This document shows, one piece after another, positions 38,691-51,165 of a stretch of DNA of 64,000 nt; the first letter of the stretch is position 1; each line of letters opens with the position of its first letter. The DNA is taken from positions 110,672,001-110,736,000 of the forward strand of contig NC_087436.1 in assembly GCF_036321535.1 (NCBI RefSeq), given 5' to 3'. The translations under genes were made by a program, and so were the position numbers. The notes below the pieces were generated by a model. That model did no database searches. It was not told where the DNA came from and worked only from the letters and a program-made list of their open reading frames with translations. This DNA comes from Camelus dromedarius. Lineage: Eukaryota.

Positions 38691-39050
38691 TCTTAGTTCA
38701 GGTTGCTGTAAACAAAGCATCGCTGACTAGGTGGCTTATAAACAACAGAAAACAATTTCTCACAGTCCTAGAGGCTGCAAGTCTGAGATCAAGGTGCGAG
38801 CTTGGTTGGGGTCTACTGAGGGCCCTCTTCCCAGTTTGTAGACTTCTCATTATATTCTCACATGGGAAAAAGAGAAGTAGAGAGCTCTCTGGGGTCCCTT
38901 TTATAAGAGCATTAATCCCATTCATGAAGGCTCCACCCTCATGACCTAATCACCTCCCAAAGGCCCATCTCTTAATACCATCACATGGGAGGTTAGGATT
39001 TCAATATATGAATTTGGGGATTGGAAGACAAAAACATTCAGTTCACTGCA
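38691..39050 (-). mobile_element. MLT1A-type MaLR solo LTR inserted in L2
   Basis: ggtggcttataaacaacagaa...ttaatcccattcatgaaggctccaccctcatgacctaatcacctcccaaaggccc...aacattcagttcactgca. Confidence 0.9.
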
Positions 39051-39299
39051 GGGGAGAAAATAATTTATAAGCCTTGAAGATTAAAGAGATGCAGCAAAGC
39101 AGACTAAGAAGTGACCAGTGCAGTGCAGGGATCCAAGAGAAGATGGCATCCCAGAAACCAAGGGAAGAAGAGGATTCGATAAGGGCATGATCAATCTGTG
39201 TCAAGGGCAGAGCAAGATCAGGACAGAGAATTGACTATTGAATTTGACAACATGGAGATCAATTGTGACTTTGACACCTATGACCTCCTAAGATTGTTT

Positions 39300-39990
39300 C
39301 TAGACTGTCTTTTTCTTCGCCTCTACTCCCACCAGCTAGGAGGCTAATATCACCTCTCTCCTCGAAGAAGCAATAGACGTCCTACTGGCCCCTCAGCATC
39401 TGTCTTTGCCTTCTTCCCAACCCCTGCCCACACCGAAGCACATGTGATCTTAGCCACCAACGCCACCCCATTTAACTCCCTATAATAGTTCACTTCGCTT
39501 TTAGAACAAAGCCCGAACCCTTAATATGATTTCTACACAAAGGGCCTCAGTCTGTCTCTTCAACCTTCTCACTCCATTCCCACAGTCTTCTTTCTGGGGT
39601 GCTGTTCTCCCTTCCACCAAAGTCTTTTTGTATGTCATTCCTTCTCCCTGAATCATCCTGCTCCCCCAACCCCAGCATATGAGATGTGTGTGCACACAGG
39701 CACACGGTGTGCATCTTGCTAAGTCTCAAGCATCCTTTCTCCTTCTGTTTAATAAGGAAGCAGTCCATGACTGTCTAGCCTAAGTTAAGTCCCCTAAAAA
39801 TGCTACATCCTATACCCTACTCCTCCATTATACCATATCCCATGTGCCTTGAATTTGATTTTCAAAATTACTGTTAAATTATTTCTCTGTTTAATATTTG
39901 TCTCCCCGGTAAGCCTGTTGGCTCCTTGAAGGCTGCCATATCCCCTTACTCAAATTAGATACTTAGTATTTTTAAATAAATGAATCACTA
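39300..39990 (+). mobile_element. L2 LINE 3' fragment
   Basis: Pyrimidine-rich, ending tgtctcccc...gctccttgaaggc...aaataaatgaat. Confidence 0.55.
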
Positions 39991-41242
39991 TCAGGTGAAT
40001 TCAGTTATTCATTATTGCCCCCTTTTTACAGATGAGGAAACTAAGACTTCAGCAAGGTCAAGACCATGTTCCAGGATTCCAATCCAGCCCCACCTGACTC
40101 CAAAAACTCTAGCTCCTACCCCTAACTTTTCTCACATGGGTGTGTGTTCACATTAGCTGGAGGGTTTTTTTAGGGCAGAGTTTATATTTTATTCATCTCT
40201 GAGTTAGAGCCTATCCCTGGATTGTTGACACTGAAGTCTCTAGAAATACTGATTGAGTTGAGTTGTAGAGAATTGAATTTCATAGATTTGAGTTGTATGA
40301 GCAAACATGCAAGCCTTTTAAAAATATATTTAGGTTTATCTTAGGAATTTTCCATTTAGTTTTTTAATAGCAACGTCTGCCTCTCCCTTCTCCGCTCATT
40401 GCTAAGGTTTCTTTCTTCAGGGAAATATTCTTTTGCATCCACACTTACAGATAGTTGGTTCTGGCAGAGGCTACCTCCTGCTCTTTCTTGCGCACTTCAA
40501 GCACTACTTGTGTTTGTCTGATGAAGAAAGAATTCAGCCCATTATGAAGCAATACAAATTGTGTGAATGCTTTCAGTTCAAGAGTCAGTGCACTTATGGG
40601 AAGTAGAGCTCTCAAGCTCCTGCAGACTGCAGACCACTTTGGCGGAACAGAGGATGCCCACGAACCACCAACTATCCTCATTCCCATTTGGGGCTGCCCC
40701 AGATGAAAACCACACCCCAGGAAATGAAAGGCTGGTACTGCCTCTGATGGGCTGCAGACCAGACAATGCCTGCTTTTATTAAGTATCGTAAATAAATGAC
40801 TTAATAATACCCGTAACTAAGCCATAGATACAATAATAAAATAAACAAGCATTAATGCCACAGCCCACAGACCACCTGGTTCTCAAACTGTGGATTACCA
40901 GGTGGTCCCGAAAAAGACTTCAACTGTACTCTAATTAAGGTGGTTATAATATTGATATAAACAATAAATAACAGTATTAACAATGAACTTTGAATACTTC
41001 AGTAAAGTTTATAAAGAAGTTCACATTCCCTCTCTTAGATCTATCTATACAATACATCTATGAGGAATACAGGACAGGTATTATGATGACCAGTCCAGCA
41101 CAGGTGAGGGCTAAGAAGGGCTGGGTGATAGGTCAAATGCTTCATGGTCAGGAAGTGACAAAGCCTGAATTTCAAACTCTAAATATCACTAAGAGAGGGA
41201 TCCCTGACACACACCTGCTTGGCCATCTTGCTCGTTTGGGAC

Positions 41243-41704
41243 CATGGTAGACTGAATTATTGTCCCCAGTTTTTCACCTGCTCTCTGTCATACAGTTATG
41301 CATCGGAACGCTTATAGTTCCTCCCACCATGAGCAGGCTATAACTTCCTGCCTCTTTGATGTTTGGCTGACCATGTAACTTGCTTTGGCCAATGAAATGT
41401 TAATGAATGTAATGTGAGCAGTAGCTTTAAAGGGTTTGCATGGTTTGAACTCCTATCATTCACTATGAGAAGCTGCCCAAGGAGCTGGGAGATGGAATTT
41501 GAGAAGACATTTGGAGTACACCTGCATCCAACCTGTGCGAGGGAGCCGAAGCCAGATGAAGCCATCCAGGTTCAGCTGAGGTCAGGCGAAGGCCAGCCAA
41601 CATGCAGACTCCTCAGTGAGAAAAATAAATGCTGCTGCTGTAAGCCAGTGAGTTCTGGGGTTGTTTATTACACAGCAATATTACAGGAATAAGTAAGTAA
41701 CACA
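41243..41704 (+). mobile_element. MLT1 (G/H/I-type) MaLR LTR
   Basis: ccatgtaacttgctttggccaatgaaatg...aataaatgctgctgctgtaagccagtgagttctggggttgtttattacacagcaat. Confidence 0.85.
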
Positions 41705-41759
41705 GGGACTCTGTTTCATTTGCTAAGAAGGAATCTGGCTGAAGGGTGATGGAGCTATT

Positions 41760-42010
41760 GCCACATGCAGAGAAAGGAGTACAGGCTTTGCAGTCACAAC
41801 TCTAAGAACTAGAATTTAAAGCCTAGTACTGCCGCGCCTTAGCTGTGTGACTTTGAGAAAATCACTTAACAGTCTGAGCTTATCTTCTTCATTTACCAAT
41901 AGGGATACAAATATCTAGTTTTTATAGAGTAACTGCATAGATTAAATGAGATATTATATGTCAACAACCAGAACAACATAGGAACCATAATTGTCCACAA
42001 CTGTTAGTTT
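41760..42010 (+). mobile_element. MIR SINE
   Basis: tagctgtgtgactttgagaaaatcacttaac...agattaaatgagat. Confidence 0.8.
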
Positions 42011-42177
42011 CCTTCTTAGATCTGTGTAAAATCTCTGTTTTGTTTTTTGGGTGGTTTTTTTTTTCCATTTTTCTTTTTTGTCACAACATATTCTAGATTG
42101 TGGGCAACTTGAGGTTAACAAAGGTGTCTTTAGTTCTACATGTCACTTTTTAAAAACAGGAGTTAATCAGTTTTGCC

Positions 42178-42260
42178 AAAGGGAAAAAGGGAAAGGAAAG
42201 GAGGAAGAAGGAAGGAAGGGAGAAGGAAGGAAGGAAAGGAGGAAGGGAGGAAGGGAGGGG
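42178..42260. repeat. Purine-only (GGAA)n-like low-complexity tract
   Basis: aaagggaaaaagggaaaggaaaggaggaagaaggaaggaaggg... Confidence 0.9.
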
Positions 42261-43457
42261 AATTATGGTTAAAATGCAACTAACTTCAAGAGCTCACGTA
42301 AGGAAAATGCCCCTTCATGCCACTCCTCTCAATACATTCCCCTCAGCTCAGCTGCCAGGGTATCAGAGACTTAGCCCAGATATGTATGCAGAGGGTTATA
42401 AAGTGTGAGAAATAAAAATTGGGAAATGAATGTTTTCCTTGTGAGTAGGATCATGTTAATCACAGACTGACCAGCAGTCAGAAGCACGTGGCTCCTGGGA
42501 CATACGCACAGTCACATGGCTGGAGCTCAGTAACTATGTGCTGATTGAGTATAAGATAGAAGAGTGACTTAGTGAATGGGGGCCCAGACAAGCCAATGAG
42601 AACCTTCCATGAAGGAAGAGCATGTGGGACAGTGGCAAGGAAGGCACTGACTTGACAGCCATGTCCCCAGACAATGCAGTAGGCTCTCTAGACCAGAGGG
42701 TTTCAGTTCCCCTCCAGTTCTAGAATTCTATGATATGGCAAAGAAGAAAAGCAGAGCCATAAGTAGTACAAGCAGGTAGTTCATGGGCTGGTTGCCTGAA
42801 AAACTGCATCCGTCTATTATATGATAACAACAATGTTTTTATTTTTGGCACAAATTATTACTTTTTTATAATTAATATTATGTGGGCATAATATTATCGT
42901 GTATTGGTATATCTAAAATGAGCATCATTTGGCCACTCTTTTTTCAGTATCAACAGTTGATATTTTACTCTAGACAATGATTTTGATGCTCAGCCCCTCT
43001 CTAAAAATACACTGCTTTCTATGTGCCATATTTTGCTAAGCACTGAGGATGCAAAGACAAGACACAGATCCTTTTTTTTGTTCTCCATTCAATCAACTTC
43101 CTTATGGGTTTGATCAATCATTTATTGGCTTCTTATGAACAAGCAATTTCCCCAATGCTGATTCACAACTACATCAGTGGAACTCTGATAGCCCTTCTTA
43201 AGAGATTGGTGAAACTCTGGGATTGTTTACAAATATTCCAGGAGTTTTTGACTCCTCACCTTTATCCCAGTCCCTTCCCCCATGTATAAATTACCAGTTG
43301 GGTATTTCTCCTGCTCACAAGCTTTCTCCTGTTAACCATGGCACCTACTCCTTGGTCACAGCTAAATGATTCAGTGGTATAACATAAGGACCAAGATGAA
43401 TCAAACAGATCCTCTCATACAAGAAATTAAAACTTGAATGGAGAGACACAAAGGTAG

Positions 43458-43927
43458 TGTATCAGTTAGCTGTGGCTGTGTAACAAACACTCACAAAATT
43501 TACTTAAAAGAGCAATTTATTACTTCCCATGAGTCTGTGGGGCAGGTGGACAGTTATGCTGATCTGAGCTAGGTTTAGTGGGGCTTACTCATGCAACTCA
43601 GTCTGCTGCAGGTTGGACAGGCAGTTTTCAAATGAGCTTTCTGTCATAGCTTAGGGTTCTGTTCAGACACTGGGATGACTCAGATCTTCTCCATGTGCCA
43701 CATCATCCAGCAGGCTAGCCTGGGCACATTCTTATGGCAAAGACAAGAAACAGGCAAGGAAGCAAAAATCTGCAAGTGCTTATTCAAGTTTCTAATTACA
43801 TCACATTTGCTACTGTTTCAGGGCCAATTCAGAATCAGAATGAGAGGAGACTATAGAGTTACAGAGCAAAAGACATGGATACAATGAAGTCTTTAATTGG
43901 GACTACTAATGCAACTAACCAACCACA
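43458..43927 (-). mobile_element. MLT1-family MaLR LTR nested in an older LTR-like element
   Basis: tgtatcagttagctgtggctgtgtaacaaac...ccagcaggctagcctgggc...aaccaca. Confidence 0.8.
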
Positions 43928-45190
43928 GATTGGAAGTCAATAACCATATGACAACATCCCAGAAAGAAGATATATGGAGGCTTAATACTGATGTCTCTAG
44001 AGATTCCCTGATTTCTGCCTTCCCAAGATTTGATCAATTATGTGCATTAACCTTTCTTCAATTACAGGAGCTACTCAGAATCATGCCAGTAAATCATCAT
44101 TTCTTCTTAAGTTCACTGCTAGTTTCTGTTTCCTCCCATCAAAAATCGTCATAATCATCATCATCACCATCATCATCAACTACACTGACTTGTAACTAAT
44201 ACACTACATTTTGTCAATTCTACATACAAAAACTTCTCATATCCTCTTACCTTGCCTCAGTAAGAGTTACTGTCTCAACTTAGACTGTCTTCCTTTCTAG
44301 CCTAAACCACTGCAATAGGATTTCTGAACCAGAATCATAAGCCACTGAACCTGAAGCCCATTGCAAAATGCTTTGAGTCTTTTGTATTCCTCAGTTAGAT
44401 TATTTGGTTTAGTTATTGCATCAGGTAATTTCTGACTATACAAAGGTGCAGATGTCCTTTTTATAGGGGACCAAGTTGGTGATTTCCTATGGAATTTAGT
44501 GAGAGTTAAGAAGCTATTCTTTTTACATCTTCCATTTACTACACTGACGTTCATATAGAAATAATTTTTCACCATTTTTAGTTAGTACCTTGTTTTGGGC
44601 CTCCCAGTCTCTATCCATTTAGAATGTAAAGATGAATTAACAGATGTCAAAGAAATATTTTTTAGAGAAGTTTTATCCACAGTATCTTCAGTAGAGAAAA
44701 TAACATTATAGTTTTACCTTAAAAGTAAATTTTATCTGTCTGGCTTTATGATATTAGAATTGTTTCAACAACATGATGATTTGCTTGTATAATGGAATTT
44801 AAGGATTACATTAAAATTTAGTCAATGACAAGAAGAGAAGGAACGAGACACCCAACTGGAGAGGGACTGTGATAGTCTGTGTATGTTGGGGAATGCTCTG
44901 ATTTAGTCTTTTGTGATTAACTAAGATGTAATCTTTGAAATACTGGTCATGCATATATTTAAGGAAGAGTTTGGTTGCCTTCCAGAGACTGGCACTGTCA
45001 CATAACTGACAGTCACATAGTGCATATGAAATGGCCTTTCCTCTCAATATCTAGGAAAACTATATATATATATATATATTTTTTGATGCCCTTTACAAAA
45101 CTGAGAGTCCTCCTCAGAACTCTCTTTGCTTAGCTCTTTTCTATTCTTTTGGTTTTAGGATTTGTTGTTTTAGCTTTTATCTGAGGCTTC

Positions 45191-45403
45191 TTGGGCTTGG
45201 CAAATGAGGCTTGCAGAACAAATCCCACCCACTGCCTGTTTTGTGAATAAAGCTTTATTAGAATGCACCAGTGCTCATGTGTTCACATACTGTCAATGGT
45301 TGGCTTTATACTATATAACCACATTGTGTGGTTGCAACAGAGACCATATGGCCCACAAAACCTATTTACTGTAGCTCTTTCCCCAAAATGTTTGCTGACC
45401 CTG
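45191..45403. mobile_element. MER58A-type hAT-Charlie MITE
   Basis: ttggcaaa...ccactgcctgttttgtgaataaagctttatt...gttgcaacagagaccatatggcccacaaaacct...gtttgctgacccctg. Confidence 0.88.
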
Positions 45404-46039
45404 GTCTAAATGAAAGAGGATTGACTTGGAGTCAGCAGATACGGGTTAGAACCCAAACTCTGCCAACAGGAAAGGTATGGTATTAAATAAATTATCTTTT
45501 CTGAGCCTGAGTTTTCTCATCGTTAAGTGGAAACAATGAGGATTAAACAAATATGGAAAGACTTTGGAACAGAGTAGACCTCAAAATATTAATTGTCCCA
45601 TCTTTCATTCCTCACCCATCACATACAACCCACTCCCCTTCTCTTGAGCAGTACAAATTTCAACCTATAAAAAACTTATTGCAAATAAATCCACTTACAT
45701 ATAAAGGATAAAAACCAAGACTTCTTATGATTCCCAAAGAGGTGTAATTTCTCATTTTTCTCTTCCCTTTTCTTTCTCCAGATACACTTCCAAAGGAATG
45801 GAGTAAAGAGAACATCTACCAGTTTGGGTAAGATGTCACCTTATAATCAGTATGTTTAAAGTGGGAACATGGTGCTAAGCTATTCAAAATAAGAATTGTA
45901 AGATTCATAAAATGCTTTCCCTCCAGTTAACAAAGGAATCTGGTTGCACCTAAGGTTCAACATTCATAAATTTGTATTAATGCTTGATGATCCAGTTGTA
46001 AATTTTGCCTTGCATAGATAACTCTCTAAAGAAGTGCCA

Positions 46040-46175
46040 GGGGGCAGGGGTTATATCTCGGTGGTTAGAGTACATGCTTAGCATTCAGGAGGTCCTGGGT
46101 TCAAGCCCCAGTACTTCCATTAAAATAACTAAATAAATAAACCTAATTACTCCCCCCCAAAAAAATATTTTTTTT
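46040..46175 (+). mobile_element. Camelid tRNA-derived SINE (Vic-1 type)
   Basis: tRNA head ...tcggtggttagagtacatgcttagcattcaggaggtcctgggttcaagcccc; TSD aagaagtgcca / aagaagtacta. Confidence 0.88.
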
Positions 46176-47989
46176 AAGAAGTACTAAATTTCTAGTCACA
46201 AAGTTCTATTGTTCCTTTAACTCTTTTTGTCACCACTCTCAAAGGCCTTTTTGTGCTTCTGTGGTTATGAAATAAATGTTCAAGAAAATCACCCACAATT
46301 TTCAAGTTCAAGTTCCAACAGCCTGACACTACCACCCTCACTCACAAAAGCAGGTCCTCTGTCTCCTAAACCTAGCTTATGCTATTCATGGTGTCTGATT
46401 CCACCTTCCAGGCAAACAGAAGAGCTAATCTCTACCTTTAGGAGGGGGAGGAGTATTCCAGGATTGCAGGTCAGAAACTGCCTACAGCCTTCTTTCTCCA
46501 AAATGCAAGTATGTTATTGAAGAAACAATGTCCAGCTAGAGTGAACCTGAAGGTAGGCAGGTTGCTCAACAGAACCAGTGATCCAAAAAGTAGATGTCAA
46601 GAGAGAACGCCAGGTGTGAAAATTCCACGGGAAGAATAATAATAATGATAATGACTGCCCTCTTAAATATATTTTTTTGCACTGGGCAGTATGCTCTGTC
46701 CTTCAGTAGGAAGACTATGGTTATGAAAGTTGTTCACTACACAGTACTGACCATGTGTGAATGGTACTCCTTAGAGACATACAGCACCCAGTCTATGTAG
46801 TCATTCATGGCAGGCCTACATAAACACATTATAATTGCACGGTTGCGTTGAGTATTTTCTACCTGCTTTATCTCATTTAACCTCTGCAACATGCCTCTGA
46901 GGTAGATTTTGTTACCCTCTTTTGTCCAGATCTAAAAACTCACTATCAGTGAGGTTAAATAACTTACTCATGTCTACACAGTCACTAAGTAGAGGAGCCA
47001 GAATTCAAACCCAGGTCTGCCTTGCTCCATGCTTTTACCACCATTCCACTGTGCCTCTCCTTGATTTACTGATTGCTAGTGAATACCTTTGAGAGCAGAG
47101 AAAGTCCAGAAGCTTCTACAGTTTGCAGTATTCCACCAGGACTTGAGCAATTTCCCAGGAATGAGACAGGAAATCATAGAAGACAGTGCTCTTTGAGGCT
47201 GTGGGGGCACCATTTAATAAGCTGCTGAATGAGCCTCTGAAATAGAAAAGACAATTATCAACTCTGAGATAAAACAGTGCAAACAGGTCTTACATCCTCC
47301 CATAGGGTTAGCTTCCTAATAAAGAGAGGCATTTGTACAGGGACAACCTGGTCAATTGTTAACTCAGTTTCTGATAAGAATTTATTTCCCACCATGACAG
47401 TGTCTGAAATCATCACTTCTAGCTTTAATGATCAACCCACACTCATTAGGCCTTTTCATCTTATCAGAAAGCTTTATTTGGATTTGAACATAAATATAAT
47501 AATTAACAAAGAACCCAAATTAAAAAACATCTAGTTATTTATTGACTATGAGAAGCAAGTTTTTCATGAAGTGATTTGGAGGAGAGACTGTAAAGATAGT
47601 GCTAAGAGTCAGAAAGAACGAGCAGAGTCAAAGACCTATCCAACTTAGTCAACTCTGGCCAATATTACCATCATTCTTAGAGGCAGCTTGACTTAGACTC
47701 TGGAAACTAAAGGACAGTTTAAATCTTGCTTCTCTTTAAATTAGAATGGTGATGTCTATCTCTGTTGGTGTAACATAAGGATTTATGAGAAGTTATTCAC
47801 AGGGGGCCCAGCACATGGCACGTAATGAATATTCTGTAAAAGTCAGTTGTCTTCCTCCATCCTCAGATGCCTATCGTCTACTGGCAGTAGAAACATGATT
47901 ATAGAATCTCAATTCTCATAAACTTGTCAATTCTTGATTGTAAGCAATTTGAGGGCAATTCTTTTTGGTTGTATCCAACACAACACACG

Positions 47990-48311
47990 TGTCTGCACAC
48001 GTGGCAGGACTGTCCTCTCTGGTCCCTTGTGACTAGGTGGAGCCACGTGACTAGTGTCACTTTGAGGCCAAGCATTCAACTGTTGGTGAGACACATCAGG
48101 GCTCTTTCGTTTTTCTCCTGTCACAACAACAGGCCATGTTCGAGATGGTGGTTGCTCTATTAGCCGGGGTCTCTGAGGCACTATGATAAATAGCCTGCTT
48201 ATTAACCCATTAAAGACACTTAGCTTGACTTAGAAACAAACCTTTGCTCTGCAAGCCACTGAGACGTGGGTGTTGTTTACTACAGCAACATAATGTAGCT
48301 AAACTAATACA
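47990..48311 (+). mobile_element. MLT1J/K-type MaLR LTR
   Basis: gaaacaaacctttgctctgcaagccactgagacgtgggtgttgtttactacagcaacataatgtagctaaactaataca is a MaLR 3' end. Confidence 0.75.
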
Positions 48312-48844
48312 AAGGTCATTTCAAGTTGTCCCCACGATGCACGAGGTAGATGCAGCAGCGGGTATGGGTGAAGAGGCGAAATAGCGGTGTCGAGGAGAAC
48401 CAATGTCAGTAGAACAGCAGTGTTAGATACTATGAAAAGGAGAGGGTGAGTATAGGTGAGGACATTTGGGTAAAGCCGCAGGTCGAGTACTGAGAACAGA
48501 TGGAGAAACAAAATAAAAAATATTATAGGGTTAAAAATGCATGTCAATGCCATTATCAAGGTTCAAGGTGCTGGATGCATTGTACAGGAATGGATGGTCT
48601 AGTTAAAGACGCAGCCCTCTCTCTATATTTATATGATTGTCCATTAGATGAATGCAGAAAAGGATCAAAGATCACCAACACTAAAGAAGTATGGACAAAA
48701 GCATTTTCTAGAACTATACAAAAGAGTGTAAAAGATAAAAAAGTAAGAAAGGAAGAGCTACCCACTGTATTGGGACCCAAATGTGAAGGGTCTTTCACAT
48801 TTATCGAATATATTATCTGCATTAGTCCTCTGGGCATACCAGAA

Positions 48845-49050
48845 TCTAGGTTACACAAATTATGGTTCCTGGTTTCAAATCGTGGTGCCACCACTTCCTA
48901 GCTCCATGCTGTTGGCAAATTGTTTCAATTTATCTATAAAATAGGGATAATAATAGCAACTCATCAAGGATTGTGTTGAGACTTAAGTGAGATAACGGTG
49001 ATAAAGCATGAATATCAAACAGTGGATATTCAACAAAGAATGCTTGGGGG
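48845..49050 (+). mobile_element. MIR SINE
   Basis: cctggtttcaaatcgtggtgccaccacttcctagc...tctataaaatagggataataatagcaactcatcaaggattgtgttgag. Confidence 0.8.
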
Positions 49051-49379
49051 TTAGAATCACTGTTTTGAAATTCCAAAATATTGCCAAATAAAGGGTAGAT
49101 TAGGGTTGTTTTGTAAAACCCCAAAGGGGCAGGCCATAAAATCAACAGGTAAGAGTTATGGAATGACAAACTTTAGTTTAATGGACATAGAAATTCTATA
49201 GCTGTCAGAAAGATGGAATCGACAGCCTCAAGAAGGGTGAGTTCTCAGTTGGGGGAAGAGTTCAAGCAGAGACAATCAGCTACTGGAAGACCAGAAGGAC
49301 TGTTGTGGAACTCATAAGATGCAAGCTGTTTTGAGAGTCTATTCCAGATCTGAGAATCTACGTCTCTGCTGAGTTTCAT

Positions 49380-49900
49380 TCCATTCGTTCATTCAGCAAA
49401 CAACAGAACTGACTGTGCGAAGGCTACAAGTTAATGGCTATGGATACAGAAGGTATGATATTGAAATGGTTCTTCTCCTCAAGGAGCTGAGAGATTGGAG
49501 AGGAAAATAGACATGAAACAAAAACTATACAGTGATTCATTCACTTCTGAGAAATGTGAAAAGTTCTAGGAAGAAAGATGGACAGCAGTAGGACAGGGTG
49601 ACCGACTGGGTGATCTCAACTGTGAAGTCAGGACAGCATCTCAAATAAGTTAGGAGTTAACTGAATCCCAAAGGATGTGCAGGAATTTGGCCATGTGAAG
49701 GATAAATGGCTGCGGGAAGAACATTCCAGGCAAAGGGAATGGGGTGGTGCAAAGATCTGAGGCATGAAGTAAACTCAGCATTTTAGAGGGAAAATGGTTT
49801 GTGTGGTAAGAATGTTGTCAGAAAGGGAGAAGAGAGCAAGATGCAAAGAATGAAAGGCTCAGATTACAACCAGCTTCGGAGGCCAGGTCAATAGCGATTT
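49380..49900 (-). mobile_element. L2 LINE 3' end
   Basis: ttcgttcattcagcaaaca...ctcaaggagctgaga...gaagaacattccaggcaaagggaa. Confidence 0.8.
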
Positions 49901-50644
49901 AAATGGCATGTTATGACCCCTACCAAGACCTTCGTCAAAAAGTTTCAGATTCCTACCTTTGAAGGGTAGAATTTTGCAGAGTATAAAAACAGAGAAAGAA
50001 AAAGAAAGAGTTTTATTCATCTAGTCCATTAGTGTCATGTTTGAATCCATCCCGTGCAATGATCAGGATTCCTGCCCAAGTATAAGAGGTAATTTCACTT
50101 TCAGAGCTCCTCTATTACCCAATCAGCATATTTCTTGCTTGAGATTCTACCATTAATTAACAAAAGGTGTTTCTTGCAAAGTTTCAGTAAGAATACAATA
50201 ATACCAGGAAAAGCATTTCAGAGGCATAATACCAGTTAAAATACAAAAACACCAGATTACAGTGTGAATTACCCACTTGTGTTGTCCCTAAGCTTATTAA
50301 AGGAAGTATTTCCTTATTAAAGGAAATAAAGGAAAAAATTAAAGGAAATACGTTTTAAGGATTTAAAGAAAAGACTTCTGTTACTTCACAAATGTGTCCT
50401 ATTAGGTGATGCAAGAGTTTGAAAGTGCTGCTCTACTCTGAAGCTTACAATTTCACGAGGGAGAGGGAACAGGGTGAGACACTGGAAAAAGCAACACTCA
50501 GTGTCAACCACCCCCACAGGAGACATCTGAGTCCCATGCTTGTCAGGGACTTGAAAGAGAGCTAACCCTCAAGTCAAAGTCAGGGGAAGAAGAAACCAGC
50601 ACGTAACAGCAGGCTGTAAAATGGTTGCTTGGTTCAGACATTTC

Positions 50645-51137
50645 CGTGATGAATTGTATCAATGGCCCCAATTCTCTGCTCTCCCTCCCTATTTCCATAT
50701 CTTTTGGAAATACATAAAATATACTTTTGTATATATGTAAATATGAAATATAGATATACCTTGGAAATGTACAAATATACCTTCATATTGTCCTCCACTA
50801 GGTGAGGGCACTCCCCACTTCTTAACTTCGGGCTCAGCCAAGTGATTTGCTTTGACCATGAGAATGAGATGGAAATGAGGTATGCCAGTGCTGAATTTAA
50901 GCTTTAAGAAGACTTGTGTGCTTCTACTTGCTCTCTTGCACCTCTACCATTGCATACGAAGAACATACTACAGCTGGCCTGATGGTCCTAAAAGGGGAAT
51001 GAGACACATATGGAGCCAGCCACTTGCAGCCAAGTCCAGCCTAGACAAATCAACCCCCAGCCAATCATAGACTGTGAGAAATAATAAATGGTTGCTGTTG
51101 GGGAATGACTTATTATACGCAATATCTAACAGATACA
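50645..51137 (+). mobile_element. MLT1 (H-type) MaLR LTR with internal AT-rich expansion
   Basis: gggctcagccaagtgatttgctttgacc...aataataaatggttgctgtt...ctaacagataca. Confidence 0.8.
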
Positions 51138-51165
51138 CTCTTTAATTCAAAATATTTTGTTCATA

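Noticed and set aside
40445..40687. Minus-strand exon ending at a gtaagt donor near 40449
   Set aside because: No convincing acceptor or recognisable protein; isolated donor motifs are common.
48299..48894. Two minus-strand ORFs overlapping by 4 nt, like a bacterial operon
   Set aside because: Eukaryotic context, non-ATG starts, one end lies in a MIR, and the hydrophobic composition simply reflects the T/C-rich strand.
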